Of a DNA stretch of 43,902 bases, positions 32,942 through 43,902 are shown in pieces (positions within the stretch are counted from its first letter, which is position 1; every line of letters starts with the position of its first letter). This stretch comes from Vermamoeba vermiformis (taxonomy: Eukaryota), in assembly GCA_045837725.1 (NCBI GenBank), contig JBEWZL010000243.1, positions 372,001 to 415,902 on the forward strand, written 5' to 3'. The translations under genes were made by a program, and so were the position numbers. The notes beneath the pieces were generated by a model, which saw only the letters and a list, made by a program, of their open reading frames with translations, was not told the DNA's origin and did no database searches.

Positions 32942-35145
32942 TTACAATTCAATTTCGCTCTCGCTACTGTCAAGTTGGATCTGGTTTGACGATTCAGTGG
33001 AGTTCGTAAAAATGTCTTCGTTGTTGGATCTGCTGTCTTCAAAGACTTTATATCTCGCTGCTACCTCGCGTGAATTCGTCAAGCAGATAAAATAGACTGT
33101 CGTCCAGATCGCTCCAAATAAGGCAAGTCCGCTAAATACCAGCAAACAGGCACGAATTGGCAATTGGAAAGTCTCGAACAAAGCACCGACCAATAAATAA
33201 GCGACAAGCATTGCTAAGTGATATTATTAGTAAATTATATATGTGTATAATAGCTACTTACAAAAATTATAAACAGTTATATCGCACGATGAAACTCGGC
33301 CTAAATATTGCTTCGCTGAGACTTGCTGGATCAGCGACGACGAGAACATCCAAACAGTAGCTATAAATAGATAATTAATATACTACATGGTAGGGCCCGA
33401 GTAGCACTACTTACTTCCGCAAACCGAGATTAATAGTGTTGCGGCCAATATGACTATAAAGTTCGGAGACCACGCGAGTAACAACATGGCAAAAAATCGA
33501 ATAATGTAACAGATGCCAATCAGCCAATGAATTCTTCGTAAATTTGAACCAATGAGCATGCCAGAGAACAGCGGACCAATGACTGAAGAGCATTAAGGTC
33601 GGTAAAAATTAAAATTATATAATTTTCTTGGTACGTACTTGATCCGATTCCAGAAACTGCCCAAACGATTCCTAAAGCTTGGCCTAGCGATCCGAAGTAA
33701 CTTCCTGCGTCTTCTGAGAACAAAATATTCGCCTAAAAAAGGAATGAAATTTTAGGATCTGAATTCAATTTCCAAATATGGTAATATTGTTTTGCACGTA
33801 CGAATTCTACTGCTCCCCATACAAGCGATGAAGTTCCTTTGAGCATAGTTAAGGCCAATAAATACTTATTACGGCCCAAATATAAAAATCCATCTCGCAA
33901 AGATCTGAAGTGATCCACGAGGGCTTGCAGCCAAGGAGGCCGTTTAGTAATACTATAGACCTCTATATCAATACCACCATTAGTCTCTGCTGACACTAAT
34001 TGTTCGTCATCATCGTCTTCATCCGCTAGCGCATTCGCGATCTCGTTTTCATCGTCTTCCATTTCAATCTCGGCGGGTGTCGGAGTTAATTTTGGCAGCA
34101 TTGTCAATCGCCACACAAAAAATAGCGAAATTAAATAGGTCACGCTGTCTATAATGTAATTCAAAGTCATTCCGAACCAAGCCAAGAAAAATCCACCAAT
34201 AGCCGATCCAAGAATGTACATGCCTTAAAAAAGCAAGATATAATTAATATACTATAAATAGGTAATTATAGTAGTTTTTTTAGGGACTTACTTGACCAAG
34301 TGGTCGAATCCAACGAGTTGGCAATGACAATGTGTTCTTTTTTAACGTATAGTGGCAACAAACCAGTTTTACAAGGCCAATAAAATGCGCTCATTGATTC
34401 TTGAATTGCAATCTTAATATAGTTACGTTAGTAAGTGCGATCTAAGAGCAGATCTGACGAATTGAAACTTACGAGCAAAAGTAATAGCCATATTTGATGA
34501 GTGTAGATGACGATTATATATCCTAATACTACGACGGCTCTTATAATATTCGTCATCATCTAGAATATTAAAATTGAGCGCAATAACGTTGACATAAGTT
34601 ATTGAGATCTCATACCATCACTTTTGCTTTATCGAAATTATCCGCTATGACGCCTATATTGCAAATTAATATTCCTTATTAATTATTCATACTATTAATG
34701 GTTCATACCAGCGACGGGAAACCAAAGCATGGGAGGTAAAAGTCGCATGATAAAAACTAAACTCAAATAAAAGCCACTGTCTGTTAATTCGCGCATAGCA
34801 GCAACTGTAGCGACGGAATTAAACCTAAAATTAGAAAAATATTATTAAATGCCAGAATAACCGCCAAAAATGTCGGATCTAATTGATTTTTTGATAATTT
34901 GAAATTGCGCAGATTGGTTATGTTAATAAATAGTTAAAATAGACAAAATAATATTCATTCGAAATAAATTTATGCGAAATTATTGAATAGGGACTGATTC
35001 AGATCAGATCTAACGAAACAACGGCTTACCAGTCGCCAAACTGACTAATTATGTCAGCGAACCATATAAAGCGAAACCCAGCATTATATCGGACTAAGTT
35101 CCAATACTCTTTCGATTGCGACCTCTTGGGTGTCGTTTCTTCCAT
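32942..35145 (-). CDS. Major facilitator superfamily transporter (MefA/MFS_3-like)
   Basis: Motifs FRFIWFADIISQFGDWFN, GVIADNFDKAKVM, ANSLDSTTWS, GSAIGG, IIDSVTYLIS and LRDGFLYL. About 12 hydrophobic segments across many exons. Confidence 0.85.
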
Positions 35146-35568
35146 CGCAAATAAAAAATGCCAGAATCTGAAATTTTCTTTTCGAGACATCTCTGGACAC
35201 TAATAGCACATATCAGGCATTGGGGTGCATAAATGTATCGGTCGCTTTCCCACCGAGATTAGGCGGCTAGTTATTGTGGTTACCAACTCTGAACGTCTTT
35301 TAGAGATCTCAGGTAACATAATTCAGACTATCATTGTTAGTAATTTAAAATTATTATTATTCACGTAAAGAGAAAAGTGAATGTAAAATTAGGCTCATTG
35401 GCGCGTAATTAATTGTCAGTATTATTTTTATCAAAAAATACAAATTAAAATAATCTTTCCCTTAGCTGTTTTTTTCAAATTATTGCCGTAGAATTGGCCA
35501 ATGGGCAAGTATGTTTGAACAAGACGTAGCTCGCCTTTGTCGTGATCGTTTGATTGCAATAATTGTTG

Positions 35569-35886
35569 TCAGAGCTTAGCTGAATGTTCTTTACCCGTAA
35601 TCTCGTGGTCCAATACCTCGTATCTAACATCTTCGCCCGTTCTATCAATTCTATACTCGAAAAGCGTCCAATCCTCTTCTTTCAAGACTTCAAACTGGAC
35701 TCCCATAACGCCTCCACTTCCCATTGGCTCAAAATGGCAAGTTAGGCGCAATTTGGAGGTTGGAACGCCAATTCTGTTCCCGATCTGTTCTTTTAGCTCT
35801 TTAATTGTCATTTTCTTCGGATCAACGTCCAAAATAAACCCGTCTTTCCAGTCTTTATCCAAAATGTTGATCGATATCGAGGCCAT
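35569..35886 (-). CDS. Small ubiquitin-like-fold protein (no C-terminal diglycine)
   Basis: Intronless 105-aa ORF with LDVDPKKMTIKELKEQIGNRIGVPTSKLRL...LKEEDWTLFEYRI, matching the beta-grasp pattern. Confidence 0.7.
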   Translation of the reverse strand: MASISINILDKDWKDGFILDVDPKKMTIKELKEQIGNRIGVPTSKLRLTCHFEPMGSGGVMGVQFEVLKEEDWTLFEYRIDRTGEDVRYEVLDHEITGKEHSAKL

Positions 35887-36081
35887 TTGACTTATTGCAA
35901 GTGGTGTACAAACTGCACGATAAAAGAGACTAGAAAATCACAAATTTTTATTAAAACGTCAACGCTGACACGTTCTCGCAAAATTCTTAAGATCTGCTAA
36001 CAAAAAAAACTCTCGTATTAGACATAAGACTCATTCTGTCTACAAGCATCGCAAAAAGTGTTTTTAATATTGGATTGGCCA

Positions 36082-39000
36082 TTAAACAATAATTTGATCG
36101 TAGTGCTCTGCTTCTACAATCAGAGTCTCCTTATCGTGCTTTTCCTTATCCTCTGTTTTTTGCGGTGCCGAGTGTCGCGAATACAACGCTAACAATGGCA
36201 TTTCAGGGAACCGTTTGACGACAGCTTTTGACAGCTTTTTGTCGTAGCCAATCACGACCAGCGAATACAGATTGGCGCCGAGCTCTTCGACCACTGTTTG
36301 GGCCACACTTTGCTTCTTTTCGACCACCTTGAAATCTACAATATTTATATTAATATTAATGTCCTAATATGATATTAAATACTTGCCTACTGCTTCTTGT
36401 TTTAAAATTGTTTTGAACAAATTTCTTGGGTTGTGCGCATTGGCTTTGTCTTCAATTTGCAAAACGACCTAAGAATAGATTAATATTACGTACTATGTAT
36501 TCTTGTTTTATTATTAACGAGTAGTATAGTACCATTTTCATTGAATTAAGGCCTTCGAGCATTCTCAACGCAATGTCAAGTGCAAATTCATCGTGTTCAG
36601 TGCCTTGCCACACAAACAAAATCACACCTGACGCGCTGAGACCAGATGTTTGGTGCTTGTTGACCACGAGTGCGATGTCAGACGGCGAGTTTTGTAAGAT
36701 TTTTGTAATGCCCTAGGGAAGTCGTGTCAATGCGGGTGAAATCGATTTAAAGATTAGTGACGAATTACCTTGCTATTCATTCTGCGGTGTCTGCAGCCCA
36801 AGAATAGGAGATCGACTGATCTATTTTTAGCCTCTTTGATGATGTCGCCAAAAATGTCCGAACTGACATATGTAACGACCTGATGTGGTTAAAATTATGT
36901 TAATTACGTCAGTATTGTATTAATTAATATAGTTCTCACCTCAGCGATATTTTCTTTCAGCAGCTTAGCACGTTGAACAGCGGCAACAATGACTGGATCT
37001 TTTGTTTTGTGGATCTGAAACACAGTTTAGTAACCAATTGATACTAACGAATATTAATAGGGTATATAATATACCTTGTTAATCGGTGATTCGTACGAGG
37101 CAATCAATTCAGACGGACGATTGTCATCGGTCTCCATGAGTCTCGTGACGAACAACCGACTGAACTTCATGTGTCGTTCAATATTAAGAGAGCTATATGA
37201 TTGAAATAATAAGAATAGGGCATTATATATATATGTTAATGCTGATCGTGATGTTCGATCTTTGCGTACCATGCCAACGAAATAATCATCGGGGCGTACA
37301 TGTGGTTATCGATGCAAGCCATGACTTTGTAAATAGGAGCCCTACAATAGATATTAATAATATGCTTCCTAAACAATACCAAATAAGTCTATCCGACACG
37401 TACTTTGCTGTTTTTGTGGCTTGAAGTTCTTCCACGTTCGCTCCTTTGGCCTTTGCAATGCGATAGATGAGTGCCAGCAAGGGTCCAGGAATCATCGTGT
37501 TGAGCAACACCATCATGATCAGCATGGCGAAGAAGCGAGAAGTGATAATGTTGGCAGCCAGACCGAGATTGAGTGACACCAACGCGACCAAACCTTTAGT
37601 GCTCATCAAAACTCCGTATATAGACGCTTCGGTCCACGTGAATTTTGCAATGTAACGTGCCGGCAAAGCACCGCCTAAAAAATATGAACGAGTGAGTGAC
37701 ATGTGACTTGACAGGCAATATAATTGTAGTAGGTGCCATACCGAGTGCTTTGGAAATAAAAGCGACAAACACGAGAAGAATGACCTCGGCCCATAGAATA
37801 CCCGAATCGATCAGACCGAATTGAGTTTTCAGACCTGAAATTGTGAAGTAGATCGGCAAGAAAATGACCGTGATCAGATCTTCGATCCGCTCCGTGATTT
37901 GTGCCTGAAGATTATAACGCATTAGTAGTCAAGATCTATGAGTATTATGGTATTAATAAGAACTTACAGGCAAATTAGAGTTATGAGGAATAACCAAACC
38001 AACACCAAAGGCTCCGATTAAAGCCGTCAAACCGACGATTTCGCTAATCCTATTAAGACGAATATACTCTCAGTAACGTTCTTATATATAAAGTAATTTT
38101 CGACCTACCATGCAATGATGAATAAAGTTAATAAACAAACCAATAAAGCCAACTGCGGCAACTTCTCATTGTATTTTGTCTTTTTGTGGACAAATTTGAA
38201 TAAGAAGCGGACAGGGAACAGAATCAATACAATGATGCCTATATAGTACTTATTTAGGAACCTTAACGCGTTTTTAAAAAGGCAGATCGTACGTACCGGC
38301 AAGACAAATTATAATGTACAAAATGCTCAATCCGCCGGATGATTGGCCCAGAGCTATCGCAAGGGCCAACAGAGGCCAAGCAACCTACAATATATATAAT
38401 GAATTCAAATTGAACCGGTAATTATTGTGTTTGCAATTATTTCGATCTAGAAAAGTACTTACAAAATCGTCCACGGATGCAGCAGTCATAATGAAAACAC
38501 CCAACGGCTTATCCAAATAATGGTACTCGGATAACATACGAGCAAGTACTGGAAGCGCGCTGATAGCCACTACGACTCCCAAAAACAAAAATAGAACGCC
38601 CTCGGAAATTCCTTCCGGTATGAAAGTCGGGTCATTAAATAAGAATATTAAAGGGACCGTAAAGACAAAAGGACTGAGGATTCCAAATAGTGCCGTAATA
38701 ATGCCGGCTTTGGCTTGATCTGAAGATCAAAAAAAAAATTAATCTGGTTAGTAACCGCTCCAACCAAACTAATAGAATAGAAACTTACGGCGTAACATGG
38801 ATACGTCCGTCTCCATACCGACGACAAACATAAACATCACGAGGCCAATATTCGCAATAATGCTGGATTTACAAAAAAAAACGAATTAGATCTGCTCTTC
38901 TCACTAAATTTTAGTGTCTATAGTGACGAACCTTAATAATGAAATAGAGCTCTTAGGGAAGATAGTGGTGGTAAAGCCTGGAATTCGACCCAACACTGTA

Positions 39001-39485
39001 GGCCCGAGGATGATGCCTGCCAAAATCTCTGCTATTACTGCCGGCTCTCGGATGTACCTATAATAGATTACTTAGATTGTTGGGTCAATAGAAGACGCTT
39101 TGCACGCTGCAGCAACGCCGAAGAAATTTGATCGGGTATTAGTTTATTTTTCAATTATTTTTAAAAGCTTCATTTAGTGACCGTAAGCGAGAAATAAGAT
39201 GTTTATGATATAATCTTTCGTTTGTTATATGTTGATTTTATTTATCTTTAATTTCATGAAAAAACTTAAAATAAAATACCCGATCTGAGGTTCACTTATC
39301 ACCAATTACCTTATCGCAAGGGTCAAAAGACGAGAAAGACCCAAGATGATTATAATTTGAATCAAAGTTAAGGACAGATCGGAGTTGAAGATGTAGCCTC
39401 CTTCCAGCAATCCGCCTGAGGCGACGGGAGCGGCAACAGGAACGGCGACCGGCACTGCTACGGGAACATCTCCTGGTGTAGCCAT
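36082..39485 (-). CDS. CPA2 cation/H+ antiporter (KHA1/CHX-like) with C-terminal USP-like tail
   Basis: Motifs EPAVIAEILAGIILGPTVLGRIPGF, ISALPVLARML, AASVDD, LIGAFGVG, FLPIYFTISGLKT and GVLMSTKGLVALV. Confidence 0.9.
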
Positions 39486-39868
39486 TGTGGTGCAGCGAAT
39501 GATTATAAAGACAGATAAATTTATTGACACTCGGCTAAAACTACTCTGACACACGGCGAAACACACGGAAGCAAACTTAATATTGCTATGAGATCTAACG
39601 GCACGGTCACTAATATGGCTATTCTCGTTTTTTTATTTCTAATCGAAGATTTTTTATTTGTAAACTGTTAGTGAACGGATTGGCTTTGGCAAATTTGAGA
39701 TAAAAGCTAGAATATGATACAATATGTAACAATTTATTAACCTTCACAGAAGAAGAATATTTACAATGTTTACAGGTAGAAAAGATCTGAAGCTGATCTT
39801 TATGCGCAAAGGTCACGATCACTCGTTGCGGTTGATCGTGGATCCAAGCTGGCTCGAGCGTTGCAGTA

Positions 39869-41958
39869 TTATTTAGTAACGTACTCTACTGGGATCTCAT
39901 CAGGCTTTTGAGCGCGTTCTTTGATCGTGCTGACGATTTTCTCGATCGCGTTGGATGTGGCTCGGAAGTAGTCCGGACTGCTTTCCTTATAGTACAAGAT
40001 CAAGTACTCCTTGTTCTTGACGACGATCTTGTTGATTTCATCGTACTTCTGGGCAGCACGGACATCTCCGTATTTAGGATGAATACGCAAGATGTGTTCT
40101 TTCGTCAGTCTCAACACTCGCGTCTGTTGTCGCCAGTACCAGTTGGTATGAATGACACTAAGTTCAATCACTGAATCGTCCTTGTCGGTCTGTTTGCCAC
40201 CGCGGAACCAGTTCAAGGGGTTCAAGTACGACAAGACGTTCTCAGCCTTTTCCAAAGCAGTGTTGAGCACGCCCATGGAGAGCTCTTGTGTACTTTGTTG
40301 TGACTCGGTAATGTCGTCTTGTGACACCTTGTTGCTGCGCGGCGAAGTGTTCTGGTTGGCCTTGTCACGGGCGATGCGCTCAATAAGCGAGCCGTCTTGT
40401 TGGATCTTCTGCAGAGCTTCAAGTCCACCAATCATTTCGTCTCTAATGAACAAGATAGGGAACTTCAATTGTCCTCTGCACTTAGCCTTGATAAAGCCAG
40501 TCAACTCTATGTCGTTGCTCGGATCGACTTCTTTGACATCCGTCTCTGGCACGCCAGCTTCTGCGAGCACTTTCTTCATGGCGACCGTGTCGTCGATGTT
40601 CTTCTTCGTCAAAGAAGACTTGCGCAAGTAGATAGAGAACAGAGGCAAGCTAAGCTCTTCACCAAATTGGGCAGAATTGAGTTCGTCGTCAGTAGGAATG
40701 ATGCTGAACTCGTCCGAATCTGCGCCTTCGACTTGAACAACATCTTGTTTGGGCTCTTCTGATACGTCCTCTACCGGCTGTTTGACGGATTCTTCTTTAT
40801 GTTTAGGCTCTTCCTTAGGCTCGGACTTCTCCACTTCAACCTTGGGTTCAGATTTCACCGAGGCTTGATCGGATTTGCCGGAAGAGGCGTCGGCCTTCGA
40901 CTTGTTGCTATTATTAGAAGTCTGTACCTCAGGAACAATTTCTTCGATTTTCTTTTCTTCGACTTTAGGTTCGACAGACTTGTTATTCTGAGATTCGCCC
41001 TTTGATGATTTTCTCTTAGATCTTCCACCAGAAGGTCTGTCGGACATGCTTTTTTGTTGTGCGCGTCTCATTTCTTCTTCTTCTTCCTTAAGCCTTTGTT
41101 CTATGAGTTCTTTGTTTTGTTGCTGAGCTAATCTGAGTTTCTCCTCGATAGCTTTTCTTTGCTCTTCTCCTGTGGTAATAAACGTTGAGAAATTTTGAAA
41201 AATAAGTAGAAATAGGATGAACTAAAAAGCTTTTCGTCAAACAAGGACGCGATAAGATTTCAATCAAAATTCAAGTTCGTATTTGTCGGATTAGAAATTC
41301 TTTGCAGAACTCATAGAATTTGCTCATAAGTAAGATTGCCGTACAATGGTACCATTGTGCGACAATACGCTCGGCAAAATCAATTTGGATCATCGAAACT
41401 CAATTTACGAAATTGAATCAAACCAGATTTCCGATCTGACGTAATCTTGACGCATAAATTTAATATTTAGGTAAATTAAGTATGTAAATAATTTAAAATG
41501 ATAATATAGTATTTATAATTACCTTGTTGAAGCTCCAAAGCCAAGCGCTCTTCCTCCCGCGCCAAATCTTCTAATTCCTTTTTCTTTTGTTCAGCAAGTC
41601 TCTTTTCTTCTAGAACACGAGCCTTTTCAATGTCTTCAGCTTCTTTTTGCAACTTTCTTTCGCGTTCACGTTCCTCTTCGTACAGACGCATAGCTTCTTG
41701 TTGCTGACGAAGCAATCTCTCGCGTTTTTCCTTCTCTTGGATCTTCTCCTTTTCAAATTGCTTAACTTGGTCATTCATCTCATTATTTTCGCTGCTTTCC
41801 TGCGGCTTGGCTTCATTAAGCATTGTCAGGATGTGATTCACTGCATCTTCGACGTTGTCTTTATTTTCTTGAAGCACTTGTTCGCATACAGATTGCTCCA
41901 TATGAAACATCGACGCTAAGAATTTTATATTGTCTTTTCTATCTGCATTAGCAGCCAT
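39869..41958 (-). CDS. CUE-like + coiled-coil + glutaredoxin-like (no CxxC) + PH-like domain protein
   Basis: N-terminal LASMFHMEQSVCEQVLQENKDNVEDAVNHIL (CUE-like), one intron at about 41171-41522, FPILFIRDEMIGGLEAL (Grx/SH3BGR fold) and VIHTNWYWRQQTRVLRL (PH-like). Confidence 0.7.
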
Positions 41959-42415
41959 TTTAATTCTTATTGTGGATCGGGTCTCCTTGATCTGGTCTTG
42001 AGTTTAATTAAATATTTGTCTAATACGAGAAATATATTATAGTAGCAGTAGTGGTTGACTATTGAGTTTGGTTTGTTTTATTTCAAGCCCGTCTCTTGTA
42101 AAAACACGAATGATTTCGTCCGAAGAAATTTGACCCAAAATGCAAAAAAATAGCTCGCATAAGAATTAGTTGTTATTCTTTTGCTTGAGAATTGATCGCG
42201 ATATGAGTTATGTATAGGTACCTTCCACTAAAACCCGCCATGGATGAGCAAACGAAAATTTTGGATCTGATCGGAGTTCAGACGTGAACGTCGATTAAAA
42301 AAATAAATTTTAGACGGTAATCTATGGCATAAACGGCTCCTTGAACACCTATTATTTGCTGTCGATAATTTTAATCACAATCTATTGAAATGAAACATTT
42401 TTTTATTATTTTCCA

Positions 42416-43902
42416 ATGGAAGCAACAACGCTTACGTTACCACAGGAGATATGGAATCTCGTGCTTGGTTATTGCGATGATGATTCTCCTTTCCGAATTC
42501 GGTAAGTTTGTTCTGTCCTGCGATCCCTTTAAAAAAATTAAAAACTCCTTCAAGCAATTAATGTTCTTTATTTTAGACTTACCTTAGTATGCAAGACTTG
42601 GAAGACTATAGTGGTTAAATTAACGACCGAAATAGTCAATCTCGAAAATCAGGGAGCCAAATTAGATCAATTATGTGCTCAATGGCCCTATTTGGAAAGA
42701 ATACATTTACCAAGATACGGAGCAGGCATAACTTCCTTAAGTAAGACAAGAATATTTATTGCAATTAAAATTCGAATATTTTTCTGATTTTGGATTTGAC
42801 AGCTTGCTTGCAGACTTTAGCTCATCTGCGTTCGCTTGTATTGGTCTACAAGCCATATGAAACTAAAGCGCACGATCATAATGTATTCGGCACGTTGACG
42901 CGGCTAACTCACCTCACGGCCAGCGCTTACACGAAAGATGAAGATCTGCTCCTGTTGTCAAATCTAACAAATCTACTTTCACTGGATGTCGGTTCCTATG
43001 GCTATTCTTATTCAATGACGAGCAATGCGTTCGATGCCTTGAAAGGAATGACACGTTTGACATATTTTTACTCGCCTGGCTCGGGATGGAATCCGGACTG
43101 CAGCGAGAAGATCTCTCATTTGACGAATTTAAAAGTGTTAATGCTCGAGCAAGGCGGAAGTTCCGCAAAATTTGCAGGTGCTCATTTCTTGTCGAACCTT
43201 ACCAACCTCGAGCAAGCAACACTTTCGTTTCATTCGATCCCGAGGGAAGAGTTCGAGCACGTCAAACACTGGACTAATTTAACGTCGTTGAAGCTCAGCA
43301 AGCTCGATTGGAATGTTTGCTTTGACCACGTGTCATCGCTAACCAAGTTACGCACCTTCACATTATCCAATTTTAAAATGGCGCCCGATCTGCTCGTCAC
43401 GCTTGCCAAGTTGCCGGATCTGCAAAAAATTATTTTTAGTTATAACGTTAACTGGATATCAGAGGATAATGACATCGATCAAGACCACGTGGAGCCTGAA
43501 GAGCCTGCAAATGATGACGAAATGTTGGATGATCCGTGGGACCAATTGTCAGCTCTAACTTCGCTCACAAACTTGCGTCGATTGTACAGATTGCCGTATC
43601 ATTCAGCACTGAACACGAGAATTACATTCTTTCCTCCATCCATTACGGATCTCAATGTGGTTGGTTTGAAGGGCAAGACGTGCAGTCTATTCATCAATTC
43701 GTTGCAACATTTCACGAGACTAGACAAATTAACATTAAACGGCGAGCCAGACTCCATCACAAGCGACACAATTGAAATTTTAGCGAAATTGACGACATTG
43801 CGCCACCTTCACATAGATTCCGACCACTACGATTACTATTCTTATAAGGCGTGGAAGCAACGTCGTGATAAGCCAACCGCAGAAGACACCTATTATGAAC
43901 AG
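42416..43902 (+). CDS. F-box/leucine-rich-repeat protein (3' truncated)
   Basis: F-box LPQEIWNLVLGYC...RLTLVCKTWKTIV across an intron, then repeated LSNLTNL/LTNLTSL-type LRR units in a frame open to the window end. Confidence 0.85.

Overview
Compact, intron-rich eukaryotic nuclear DNA with short ~40-60 nt spliceosomal introns and about 18 protein-coding genes. The gene content (Zn2Cys6 factors, ependymin-like protein, DRP5-like dynamin, TKL kinase, RhoGEF) suggests an amoebozoan-like protist; this is an inference. Genes in order: 3' end of a dynamin-related gene, DENND4-C-like/kinase/degenerate-GTPase fusion, RACK1, DH-PH RhoGEF, Snu13/15.5K, two tandem Zn2Cys6 factors, a type I membrane protein, aldose 1-epimerase, an Arf-like GTPase, PIG-G/GPI7, RNA polymerase I largest subunit (RPA1), an ependymin-like protein, a bacterial-type MFS transporter, a ubiquitin-like protein, a CPA2 cation/H+ antiporter, a CUE-glutaredoxin-PH-like protein and a partial F-box/LRR gene. 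The most notable signals are non-coding and intronic. Two RPA1 introns hold box C/D snoRNAs antisense to 18S rRNA, each with box D exactly 69 nt from the 3' splice site. A third RPA1 intron holds a structured cassette between palindromic 13-bp direct repeats that may act as a poison exon. An intron-containing tRNA-Tyr sits inside a transcription-factor intron, competing pairings flank Snu13 exon 2, and there are four GC-AG introns. All exon structures were inferred by eye and no database searches were run.
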